A DNA stretch of 64,000 nt from NCBI RefSeq assembly GCF_006345805.1, contig NC_042998.1, positions 13,206,001 through 13,270,000 of the forward strand. The letters are read 5' to 3'. The translations under genes were made by a program, and so were the position numbers. The number at the start of each line of letters is the position of its first letter. The stretch's first letter is position 1. Below are positions 43,576 through 56,847 of the stretch, piece by piece. Under the pieces are notes generated by a model. That model searched no databases, was not told the origin of the DNA, and saw only the letters and a program-made list of their open reading frames with translations. This stretch comes from Octopus sinensis (taxonomy: Eukaryota).

Positions 43576-44167
43576 ATATTTAACTAATGTAGGATAAAAA
43601 AAAACTTTAGAGAAAAAAGTTTATCAATGGCCAGCATATCAAAAAATACCTTTAAAGGTAAATTTATCAATAATTTACAAAATAAGGGCAAAAGAAAAAT
43701 TCTAATGCCACCTATGCCGAAAAAAAGACAAAATTGTTAATAACCATTATAATTTATGCATCTCCAAACAAACCGATACAAATTTCTAAAAAGTCCGTTA
43801 TTAACGTATTGGTCCCAATTTCGGGGTTAATTCATAAGAATTTTCCCCTCTTCAGCGATAAGTACGTGAGATATAAGCGAAATACTTACTCATACCCATG
43901 GAAAAAGCAAGCACTAAGTCCTGAGCAGATTTGAGTACCCCAAATATATCTAAGATAGAAAATTTTCGGCTCATCTCGAGACACCTTTGCTTCGAACCAA
44001 AAACATTCACAGAGTGAGAGAATCCGAAAGTTAACACTATTAAATTTATAACTAATGTAGGATAATTTTTTTTCCCGAGACGCATAAATTATAATGGTTA
44101 TTGACAATTTTGTCTTTTTTTCGGCATATTTGACATTAGAATTTTTTCTTTGTCCTTTTTTGTAAAT

Positions 44168-44170
<3 letters not shown>
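42965..44170. mobile_element. Cluster of three PLE pLTR fragments separated by (TA)n, each with an HHR-like motif: 43186-43253(-), 43343-43377(+), 43807-43860(-)
   Basis: CTGAAGA..GAAAC(gatc)GTA; CTGACAA-a-GAGC(tcc)GCTC-GAAAC-GTT; CTGAAGA-GGGG..CCCC-GAAAT. 95-bp inverted arms at 43670-43764 / 44077-44170. Confidence 0.7.
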
Positions 44171-44215
<45 letters not shown>

Positions 44216-44221
44216 GTATAC

Positions 44222-44312
<91 letters not shown>

Positions 44313-45178
44313 TATATATATATGTGGGTGGGTGTGTGCACACATATTTGTGATTATATATGCATGTAGGTATGTAGACACGAATTAAAACGAATTAAAA
44401 TGTGACGTTTCTTGTCATAATACGTTAAAAAACGTATACGCTCTTTTGATATATATTTATTGGTCGCAAATACACGAGAGTGCATCAAACGATATATGTG
44501 CCTATTAATGTACAGACGTGTGTATGCATATATATATGTGTGTGTGTGTGTGTATGTGTGTGTGAATATATATATATAGATATAGATAGATATAGATATA
44601 TATATATATACATATATATATACACACATTTCTAATTTCCAAGTAGTAAACGGATGTGTGTCTGTATATGTTTGTGTGTGAGTATGCACACGCTAATATA
44701 TTAATAGGCACATGTGGCTGTTCTGATATTTTTGACATTCCTCATATGTGTGCATATGAAATTTTGTATGTGGTTGCATTTACAATATTCATGATTGCTC
44801 AGTCATTCACAATGTTAAAATAATATTCTTTTGTGCTCTAGTCATTCATATATAAAAGGTGATGTTGGAGATAATTTACAAATGGCAGCTATACTGCATA
44901 GCGTATGTCGGAAAGTGAATGCTGAACAGTAAATGTTGAACGTCGTAATTTCAGTAATTGAATCACATATTCCAAAATTAGAAAGAGTTAAAAGCCAAAC
45001 TGAATCACTAAAATGTTTCGAAACGATAGTTTAAATTTCTAGGTCATTAGAGTAACGTCACTTCACACGCTCGTCTTCACTTTCTTCGGTATATATTTTT
45101 TAAAGAATAAACGTAAGCTCTGTACAAATGTATCACGCAAATTAATGCACACACTTATACATATATGCATACGTAAAT

Positions 45179-45224
<46 letters not shown>

Positions 45225-45789
45225 GTCTGTGTGTGTATGTGTGTGTTGTGTGCTTGTGTAGGTATATTATTATATATATATACACATACCTATACATACA
45301 TAAATATGCAGGCATACATATATGCTGAGCCTTTGCGTATGAAAACGCTGTGTCGCTGATTCTCATCTTGTATCATCGTGGAAGCTTACACTTGAATATA
45401 GCACTTCGTGCCAGTATACATATACGTGTGTATATTATGTTCTGCATTTATCTTCATCTCACTTTTGTACACTGGAGGATATCATATCATACTCTTCGCC
45501 TATTAGTAAAAAAAAAAATCATTTATATTTTTTTTATGTTTTGCGCATTTTTATTTCCTTCTATAAGTCGCACAGTTTTTAAAAATCTAGAAGAAATAAT
45601 TCTCATCCTTTTATCTTTAGTGTTATACCATTTCAGATAGAATAATGGAGTACACAACAAAAACAAAAAAAGAAAGTCATAGAATTGTATTCGAAATGAT
45701 ATTTCCTATCCTGGATTCGTTTTAACATAACAAAAATACTTTAAAATATATTTCCATGTATATGGATACGTACGTAGATTTATTCATTT

Positions 45790-46031
<242 letters not shown>

Positions 46032-47649
46032 TTTTCCGTGCTGCTTTCCTTTACGATCTGCCTCTTCTTGACATGTAGTTGCATATTCATGAAATAGATG
46101 GAGAGATAAAAGAACGCAAGATGTTTTATTTCTAAAATATCTGCAGATATAAGCGTAAATAGAAGATAGTATGTACATATTTAATGACTGATGTTTCACT
46201 GATTGTATTTTTATGTCTTTCACCTTGCAATCCATTTTGATGAAGGATGGGCGAAAGGTTAGTTGCACATGTAGCAGAATAAGTATGCAGATAACATGCA
46301 TATGGATTCCCAAATGATTAAGCAGGTATATGAAACCGTAGACAGGCAGGTCACTGATAGGAATATATTTGAATGTTCATGTATTTTTCGTACTTATTTC
46401 CTCTTCTTTTTGTATTTTGACAAGTTTCACTGATATTATTCAAATATATAACTTATCAATTTAAATAATTTGTTTGTTCTTTAGAGTTCCATGTAGTGTG
46501 TTTGTCTGACGAAATATATATCTTAGTGTCAAGTATATTATACTATCAAGTGAACTCTGGCGCCATATTGATATTCATATATTTCAATGAAATGATTCCA
46601 AATCAGTTCTGAGAACATTCATTTCACCTCTCGAGATCTTGCTTGTCAGAAGAGAGGAAACATTACACACTGAAAGTTTTTCTTAGTTACTTGAAGACTA
46701 CGCGTCCACTGAATATATTTTTTCGAAGGAAAATTACATAAAACATCAAAATGCTTGAGTAGTTGTGTTTACATATAAATTTTATTAGTCATATCATACG
46801 CATGATTTTCTCAATATGTATGAAAATCCATTTAGTTATGAACTAAACAATAAGCCATCCTAAGTAGCAACCAAATTAATTAGTGTAATAATGTCACCTT
46901 ATGTATTTCTGCATGTTGTTGATAGATCCTGTCTCCCTTTTAAAGATAAAGTAACTTGATTTGAAAGAGATTCGCCTGCTACCTCTTCTATGTTGAACAT
47001 ATATATGAGTGATATTCAAATCTGATGTACACTTTGTCGACAGTTAAATAATACAATAATAACTCCAATCTAGCCAAACATTTCTATGATGCTTTTAAGC
47101 AATCCTGATCATACCTATGACAAAACACAGAAAAAGGCCAGCTCCTTCTTAAGTGGAGCTGATCTATGACACACCCTCTACATATGGAGATATTTTTAAA
47201 TTACGAATATATATTGTATGTTATTTGACATGCTTGTATTCACATACATACAAATGGACACTGGTTTATTACTCGTGTATCACTTTTGTTTAAATCATGA
47301 AAATTGTCAAGGCAATAATTACTTTCTAATATAATATGACTGTCATTTTATCTCTAGATATTAAGCCTATGACATGTCAATTTGGAAAAAATGTTCGTTG
47401 TGATTATCTCCTCTTCTGAAATGGAATTGGTCTGAATTGACATTTGTTAATTATGGCAAATATTCTAGAGTTGTAGTTATTTTAGTAAATCATAAATGTT
47501 TCTTAAATGTTATTTGATATACCTCTGTATGGCTATGTTATACAAATTCATTTCATGCTACAGAGTTATTTCGAGTAAAGAGGTTATATTTTATATATCG
47601 TCATCGTCGAAGTCGTCATTCATTTTTATAAAGAAGTTTTATCATTATA

Positions 47650-47704
<55 letters not shown>

Positions 47705-47708
<4 letters not shown>

Positions 47709-49730
47709 TAATCCAAACGGGAAAACAGAAAAACAACAACACGTGGAACAATTAAAGTATTATTATTATTAGGCGCTCAGGAAAATGGGAAGAAGGAGGG
47801 TATGACGTTTCGAGCGGAGCTCTTCGTCGGAAACATAAGAGAAGGAAGAAAGAAAGATCCCGATGTGGGCGAACGGAGGGGAAAAAACGCGACTGGTTTT
47901 TGCGAACTAAACATGCTGAAAGGCCGGAAGTTTTGGATAACAGGGGCTGGTTTTTAAAGACAAAAGAGCGGAGAAAGGAAGGTTGGTAACAACTCGATGA
48001 ATAGGAAGAATAATGTGTATGTATGTGTGAGTGTGTACGTGTGCGTGTGTGTATGTGTGTGTGAGGCGAGATAAAAAAAAAATATATGTATATGTTAGTG
48101 CGTGCGTCTGTATGTAAGTGTGTGTACGTAGGGCGAAAGGTAGTTGACATAGCAGTCTCAAGTGAGTGGTCAGTGGTAAAAGGAGGAAGGAGGGAATGGG
48201 TGGGGGTGTATGTAACGTGCCAGTGTGTGTTGAGTGGTAGTGTGTGTGTGTCCAGTGTGCGTAGTTGTATGTATGGCAAGTAAATTTGAAGTGTGTGTAA
48301 GTGTAATGTATATATATATGCAAATGTGTGTGTGTGAGTGCGTGGGAGTGGGTGAATGTATGTGTGTGCGTGTGTGTACAAAGGGGGGTATTAAGGAAAC
48401 AAACTGCAACTGAGGGAAAGATGGAAAAGTGCTCCCGCGGTGACAGGCGTAGGAGAAACCCAAGAAACACGCCGGCCCCAGGTACGAACAGGAGATCTAG
48501 TCGGTACCCACGGGCGTGGTGCATGCATGCGTGTATGCGTGCGCGAACGCGCACATGCATGTATGTGCGCGCACCTGCGAGTGTAAGTATGTGTGTGTGT
48601 GGATGTGTGAGTGTGTCTGTGTGTATGTCTGGGTGTCAGTGTGTCCGATTGAATGTATGTAAGTATGTGTGTGTATATGTGTGTGTATAGATGTATGTCC
48701 GTGTGTATGTGTGTGTGTATGTGTATGAGTGTGTGTGTATGTACGTGTGGGTGTGTGGAAGTGTGTGTATGTGCATGTGTGTGCGTGTGCATGCAAGTGT
48801 GTGAGTGGGTGTGTGTGTGTGTGTATGTATGTGTGAGTGTGTATAGGATGCATGTATGTGTATGGGTGTATGTATGTGTGTGTGTATGTATGTATGTGTA
48901 CGTGCGTGTGTGTGTGTGTATGCATGTATGCGTACATGCGTGTAGGTGTACGCGTGTGCATGTGCGTATGTATGTGTGTGTGTGTGTGCATGTGTGTAAG
49001 TATATATGTATGTGCGTATATGTGTGTGTATGTGCGTACATGTGTGTGTATGCATGTGTGTATGTAGGTGTGTAGGCGTGTGTGTATAGGTGTATGTATG
49101 TATGTATGTATGGGTGTGTGTCATGCATGTGTGTTCGCGTGCAGGCGAGTGTGTGTGTAAGTATGTGTGAGTGTGTATGTGTGTATGTCTGTGTGTATCT
49201 ATGTGCGTATAGGAGTATGTAAGTATGTGTGTGTGTATGTGTATGGGTGTATGTATGTATGTGTATGTGTGTGCATGTGTGTAAGTATATGTGTGTGTGC
49301 GTATGCATGTGTATGTGTATGTGTGTGTGTTTATGTATGTGTGTATGTATGTGTGTAGGCGTGTGTGTATAGGTGTATGTACGTATGGGTGTGTGTCTGT
49401 GTGTGTTTGTGTGTGTGTGTAGATATGTGTGTATGTATGAGTGAAGGTATGGCTGTGTAGGTGTGTGTATGTATGAATGTAAGTGTGTGTGTGTACAAGT
49501 GTAATGTATGTATGTAGGTGTGTGTGTGTGTGTGCGTGTGCGTGTATATGTGTGTGTGTGTATGCGTGTGAGTGTGAGTGTATGGGTGTATGTCTGTGTA
49601 TGTGTATGTCTTAAGTATGTATGTGTGTGTGTATGTATGTGTGTGTTTGAGCGGATATGTGTGTGTGTATGTGTGTGTGTATGTGTGTGTGTGTAAGTAT
49701 GTGTGCGTGTATGTATGTGGGTATATATAA
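47705..49730 (-). mobile_element. PLE family-A pLTR (HHR-like motif at 47800-47834 with GUC site), preceded on its strand by a ~1.7-kb CA-rich tract
   Basis: gttt-CCGACGA-a-GAGC(tcc)GCTC-GAAAC-GTC-atac; homology to 481-700. Assigning the CA tract to the element is inference. Confidence 0.6.
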
Positions 49731-50329
49731 ATAAACCAACAACCTACGAGGTTCAAAACGTTGTGCTGACATCAACCACCAATCTTCTCAGGCATTTTTC
49801 TCCATCTAATATATGCGTGAGACCCGGCCAAGGACCGCAAATCTTGTAAAAAATTCGGGATCTTCATAAACAAGTGTAACTAATTATAATAATAATAATT
49901 TTCAAAAATATTATAACAACGTTCCCAAGATAAAGATAGTATCACCGAGCATGAAGTTATACCAGAGATCCTAATCACAGCGACTGCCAAGGGAACCATT
50001 AGGTAGCGCCCATCTCTCAATTCTTTCCATCACACAGGCGTAAGCTCAGAATAGACTAACCTCCCGACCTCTCAACAAATTTTCTAATGGGCAACACTTT
50101 TGAAATGGAATTTAAAATGTTTATGGCTACTTGACGAAAGAAGAAAATGTTTGTTGTCTGTCCACTTCCCTCACATCCAGCACACATCCTCTTTCTGCAT
50201 AGGTACGAAACAGAAAAACTGCCTGCTGTTTCCAGCAGGCGGTGGTGCGATATTCGCTATGGAGATGTCCGATAGACATACTTCGACATCATTGACAACT
50301 CAGACATGTCTGACGCTGTACGTGCGTGT

Positions 50330-50426
50330 GCATAATATCGGTGTCTACTTCCGAACTGCTACGTTATGGGGGCGTAAACATACCAACACCAGTTGTCAGG
50401 GGAGATAATAAGACACAAACACACCC

Positions 50427-50428
<2 letters not shown>
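50330..50428 (-). mobile_element. Degenerate SINE family 1 body
   Basis: Reverse complement tgacaactggtgttggtatgtttacgccccc resembles the 56345-56385 segment. Confidence 0.55.
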
Positions 50429-50458
<30 letters not shown>

Positions 50459-52844
50459 TAGATAGATAGATAGATAGATAGATAGATATAATGCTGAGAC
50501 TGAGAACTCTCAATGCTGGTAATGCCCGCGAAACGGGCGGAGAACATAGGGCCGAGAGTACACAAAACAATACAGGGTGGACAAATGTAATTTAAGATGA
50601 TGGACAAAGACGAAATGAATAAGAAACGAGCTAAATATAGCCTTAGGGTCAAATAGGCAAGAACAGTGGGTAACGCTTGGAATGTATCCTAAGGGATTAG
50701 AAAGCAACAAATAGCAATTAAGTACGGGTCAGCGGCACAACAGGTGTGAAAAAGAGAAGAAAGAAATGCTGGCCACAGGTTACATGTCAACAGCAGGCAG
50801 AAGACGCAGAGGGCAAGAGAGAGAGAGAGCGACAGAGAGAAAGTAAGTGGAAGATTGAGGGGGGAAGGAGAAAGGAGGCAGGAGGAAGGCTAGGAATTGA
50901 AGTAAGAGGGTGAGAGAGAGAGAAAGTTCTACACCGGATAATGTAGTACTAGATATACTATGTAATTTGTAGAATCTGTAAAACAAAATTTACGAAAAAA
51001 CAAAAGAAATAAAAAAAAAACATGATATACACTCGCAGCGACCTGAATTGGCGATCAAACTTTTGTTTGTTCGGTAATTTATCTGTATCTATTGTAGACA
51101 AAGAGCAGCAGAAAATAGAAAATATTGTCGGAGATTTTAAGATTCCTGTCTTGTAGCATGTGTAACTAATATTTTCGGTTTTATATTAAAAAATATCGTG
51201 ATCAGTCAACCATTAATATCTATTGCAGTTTATACCATTACCAGATGCGGAATAGTTTACTTATCTCGCCCATATCTTTATTCTATTGTTAATTGATTTC
51301 TTCTTATCATAATCATGAGAATTTGCATATCTTTTAAACCGTTCAGAAATTGTTTCTCACAGGAGATATCATACTTAACAACGCCTTTTTTCTTCGATAA
51401 ATGTTTTAACGTAATCAGCATCGTTACTATCACCACTCCACTACAACCAACTCTACCACTTAAAACGATGTGAGTAACAATAATATTACAACCAGTAATA
51501 AAGATTTTCTCCTCCTACTTCTTCTCGCCATCCTCCTCATCATCATTACGATCATCACCATCCTCAGAATTCTCTCAAAACGCCATCGCTTTTAATATTA
51601 TGTACCTTTATAGCTTTTCCGTTCTAATTTCTTTTGTTTCATTAAAGAAATATTTTTGTTTTCGTTTTAATTGTTGTTTTTTTTTAACAAAATTAGATAT
51701 AACATTTTAAAAATTATTCTTTGTAATCAATCTAAATAATGATTTACTACAATTGTGATAATAAACTGCCCTTGTAATACGGTGTCTTCGTTCGTTGTGT
51801 GATCCAATCAAATGCAACAAAAACGGTAGCATATTCGTAACTACGCTACAAGGATAATTAATTTTCCTATTTTTCCTGCTGATAATAGCAAGTTACTATT
51901 GTACATTTTCTATGCTTCATAACTCTATTCTTTTACATTTTTTTATTATTGGTATTTTTTTATAAATTAATTTAATCTTTATGTCTTATAGATATTCTTT
52001 TTTTTTTTAGGATTTTTATAAAAATGATTCTATTATTAAATGAGTTTTATCATCATTTGATAAAAATAATTAAAAGTTTATCTTTACAGTCATTGATTTC
52101 CTACCTCATTTAATGACTCTCTTCTTCTGTCGCTATTAGATTCGTTGCTGTTGCTATTGCTGCTCGATGCAAATTTTAGTTTTTCATTCAATGTTATTCT
52201 TGATTAGTTAATTTTACTGGCGCAGACTCTCTTGATAACGTTAATGCAGCAGTTATTGTTTACGTTGCTGTTGTTGTCGTTGCATGCAGTTGGAGTTGTT
52301 CTTCATACTGTTCTTGCTGATGTTTGTCATAGTTTAAGATTTTGGTGATGGGTTTTCAAACATTGAATATATTTGTTTTTATATTACGCTGGAAATTTTA
52401 AATTTCTTCTTTTTTTTTTAAAGCTGAAACGAGTAAGGATCTTAGTTAACATAAAATAGCTTCGACGTTGGTGAGTTTTTACCTGAAATAATTAGATAGC
52501 TGATCGATATTTGCGTCATGGTAGTTATTATTAAACCCTAGAACATTGTTTTCATATAGTTTGAAGTAGCAGTTGAGATTATATTTTTAGCAGTTGTTAT
52601 AAATTATTCAAAACTGAAACATATTGCACGCTGCAGGCAAATTACAGAAGCTAACAAAACAAAAAGAAATTAGGATTAGTGTGTTGTATAATTTTGTGAA
52701 ATGTAATTTTAGAGACAGCATTTCCCAACGTCAAATAAGCTAACGTAACAATAAATTATATATTCCATTACTAATGTATATTTTATTTCCTCCTTGTTTA
52801 ACTGTTTCGCTAACTCTCCCCGGCTGTAACTTTCTCTCTCTGTC

Positions 52845-52911
<67 letters not shown>

Positions 52912-54797
52912 CTCTGTCTGTATATACTTTCAAACTTGGAAACCTACACACATATATACTCAAATTTATAATTAGGTGTGCATAAATATGTTTGCAATAT
53001 AATCACATGCTGTATCTTATACTCACATATATACCTATTTGTGTTTTGTCATGTGTACGCTTCTGTGCGTGTTGTATGTATTAACACAGTATCGTGGAAT
53101 GAAGAATAAAAATCAATGCCGTACAATATTACCTTTAATGCAACTTATGCGTGTTTCTGTGGTGCATTAAGTCTGACAACTAATTTTCTGAAGAATTATA
53201 TGTTAAGGTGCCATCATACCCAGTGGACAAATGAAAGTATATTGCATATCACAATTATTTTTGTTGCTGAAATGAAAAATTGAAATATAATTGAAAAGAA
53301 AGATTGTCATAAGGGTTCTAAGCTAATCTCTGGTATAACTAGTACACTGCATGTTCTTCAATTTGCCAATTATTGTCGGTATGTGAATTTATATTAGCAG
53401 GTTTGAGAAAATCTGAAATAAAGGTAATGCTAATAAATTTTTGAGACTAAAAGTCTTCATCATGACTTCAATGTTTTCTAATTTAATCAATACATGTTCC
53501 ATCACGACATATCAATACAAAGTGTAATCAAATAATTATATTTTCTCATATTTCCACGTAATTATGAAGGCGCCAGTATGAGTTTAATAATTAAGAAATG
53601 TCATTTTAGCTAACTATCTACCTATAGAACATACTGCACGACAGAACAAATTATACACCTGTTAGTTTTCTGCTAGCAGAAATTCATTTTTGCACTTTTA
53701 ATGAATTGCAGAACTACAAAAGAGGAAACATACAGAATATGAATGAATTTTCTCTTCACCCCTCGAAGAACATATTCAGAACCATGAGGCAAGACAGAAT
53801 GCTTATGATAGTTAAGAATTAGAATAGAGAATTTCTAACTGTTCACTACTGACGGTGTAATCAGGACTGAACATAGCTGCACTGTACGTATGCTTCTTGC
53901 CTTTTATAGCATTGGTTGGCATCTTTGGTAGATTATAAGTACGATAGTGCCGGACGAATCACAGGATTTTTAAGGGAAAATTTTCAGCAGCTATTTTGCT
54001 TAACTCTTGCTGATCTACGCTTTCCCTGGTAGAATGACTCCACCACTCGTTTCAGAAAAATCACTTATGTGTACAGTCACCGAGTAAACTTTCTGAATTT
54101 TTCTTGATACCTTTGAAGCTATACGAAAATAGTCTATCAGTTTCCAATAATCAACAATCTGTGAGATTCAGTGTTGGGTAATGTATGCACATGAATGTAT
54201 GACACACATCGTTTCAGTGAGTTGGACGCTGTAATAAATATTAACCAACATGGGTGAGTTCCTGTAGGTCAATGTACTGTGTGTTATAAGGCAAAACAAA
54301 AAATAGAGAATATGTATCAATACAATACACTACGTGGTGTAATGCTTAACAAGCTTATTCGATATAATCCACACATCAGCAGGTGTATGTGATATAAGGG
54401 TTAATTACTTTTGCACTATGCTGTGATGCTAATATATAATTTGCAAAAATGAAAGTGTATAACTTGACTATGCTGTATGATGTAATCTATAATTAATAAA
54501 CAATGAGCTGTATCAACCAAGTAAGCTGACTCGTTCAGAATATAATTTACATTGCGTGAGTTATATCTTTTCATTGTGCTATACGGGGAAGTGTCTAATT
54601 AGCAATAAGTGAGGTGTGACGCATCAGATGCCCTGTTGCGTAATGTATAATTATAATTAGATAGGATATACCACTTCAGTTTGCTGTACGATGTCCTGAA
54701 TAATTAATATTGGGTGTGGTGTACCACTTCAATGTATCGTATAATGCATTAAAATGAGTCAAGAGATATCGTTGCGCACAGAACCCTTCTTGTTACC

Positions 54798-54913
54798 ACG
54801 GCCACATCCTAACCCTCACACCGCCAACTTGCATTTCCATACACCACAACTACGGCCACATCCTAACCATCACACCGCCAACTTGCATTTCCATACACCA
54901 CAACTACGGCCAC
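54798..54913 (+). repeat. 54-bp minisatellite, about 2.15 copies
   Basis: 54798-54851 and 54852-54905 differ by one base. Confidence 0.95.
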
Positions 54914-55018
54914 CATACTCGACATCAATAATACGATCACTGCCAACATCACAAGTACTCTACTCATTAGCTACAACCACCACCAACACCATCACCACCA
55001 CCGCCGCTGCAGCGAGTG

Positions 55019-55066
<48 letters not shown>

Positions 55067-56100
55067 TTCGGCATTATTACTGGACGAAGGATAAACATAA
55101 ACACGACAACGAAGACTAAATTTATACTAAATTTCAAGAGTATCCTTTCACTGTTCCTCATGGAATGAAATTCATGATTACATACATAAATACATACATA
55201 CATACATATATACGTACATACATATATACATACATACATACGTAAATACATGTAAGGATATGCATGAGACGACATACAAAAAACAAAACATACAAATCGG
55301 CACGTATACATACATACATTCATATAAAATACTCTCTTGTTGATGTTGAAATTCTAACGAAGGAGGCTTGGATCTCGGCTAGAAACCGACTCTTTCTCTA
55401 TTGGCAAAAGATCTGGAAATAAAACTCAGTAATCACAAACACATACACACACACACACACATAGCATATTATACACGACTTTACGCAAACAGTTGTATAA
55501 TAACGTTTAAAATGGCTGAATTAAACAGTATTGCAAGCATGACCTCCCACAGAGAGGATCTAATATCAGTTCACAGCTTTGAAATATGTATTTGAACACT
55601 AAATGCAAATTGCATACGCTGTTTCAAAGCCATGAAAGATCTCTTGTTTATCGATGTGTATTAAAAAAAAAGTGATCAGTTACCTACTAAAAACAGAATG
55701 ACTGGTAAGACTAAACCATCGGTTTTACATCATTCATGACCAATTTGCTTGTCATTCTTCGGTGTTCGCTAAAATAATTATCATGCGTAGCAATCAGGTT
55801 CGATATAATCGATGACTGTGAAGAAGTTAAGACAGAAAAGTATATTATTGCTTCGTCACATTGTAAACGCAACAGCTAGGTTGACATATATAATGTTTAG
55901 AGTTTCTGACATACGTAGTCATTACACGATGCAGCAACTGTATTTTAATCTTATATGAAGCAAGGTAGAGTTTATGAAGCTACACTAAGACATGATAAAG
56001 AAAACCAGGCTCTTTATCGTGAATGAGTTGAATGGATGTACATGTAATTGCACGATGACAAGTATATGCATATTTAAACAAATTATCTATTTAAAGTATA

Positions 56101-56525
56101 CAGGCGCAGGAGTGGCTGTGTGGTAAGTAGCTTGCTAGCCAGCCACATGGTTCCGGGTTCAGTCCCACTGCGTGGCATCTTGGGCAAGTGTCTTCTGCTA
56201 TAGCACCGGGTCGACCAATGCCTTGTGAGTGGATTTGGTAGACGGAAACTGAAAGAAGCCTGTCGTATATATGTATATATATGTATATATGTGTATGTGT
56301 GTGTGTTTGTGTGTCTGTGTTTGTCCCCCCCGCCAACATCGCTTGACAACCGATGCTGGTGTGTTTACGTCCCCGTCACTTAGCGGTTCGGCAAAAGAGA
56401 CCGATAGAACAAGTACTGGGCTTACAAAAGAATAAGTTCCGGGGTCGATTTGCTCGACTAAAGGCGGTGCTCCAGCATGGCCGCAGTCAAATGACTGAAA
56501 CCGGTAAAAGAGTAAAAGAGAGAGA
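56101..56525 (+). mobile_element. Full-length tRNA-SINE family 1
   Basis: A box tggctgtgtgg, B box ggttcagtccc, body, and (AAAAGAGT)-type tail. Confidence 0.9.
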
Positions 56526-56613
56526 GAGCCATATCAACACTCTTACAAAGATATACATTCATATACTTGTCTCTATAATACATAGGTGTAAATATATATA
56601 GAGAATGTGTATC

Positions 56614-56847
56614 TATTTCTTTACTACCCACAAGGGGCTAAACACAGAGGGGACAAACAAGGACAGATAAACTGATTAAGTCGATTCCATCGACCCCAGT
56701 GCGTAACTGGTACTTAATTTATCGACCCCGAAAGGATGAAAGGCAAAGTCGACCTCGGCGGAATTTGAACTCAGAACGTAACGGCAGACGAAATACGGCT
56801 ACGCATTTCGCCCGGCGTGCTACCGTTTCTGCCAGCTCGCCGCCTTA
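56614..56847 (-). mobile_element. SINE family 2 with perfect 18-bp target-site duplication
   Basis: atatagagaatgtgtatc at 56596-56613 and 56848-56865. Confidence 0.92.

Noticed and set aside
50516-50538. Helitron-like 3' end on the minus strand (GCCCG hairpin followed by CCAG)
   Set aside because: The stem is only 5 bp, the terminus is not CTRR, and no matching 5' TC end was identified.
53880-53916. Minus-strand TATAAAAG with adjacent CCAAT
   Set aside because: CCAAT spacing is atypical, such motifs are common in AT-rich DNA, and there is no convincing downstream exon.
55350-55400. HHR-like CTAACGA...GAAACCGACT
   Set aside because: G5 and the cleavage site are altered and stem II pairs poorly.
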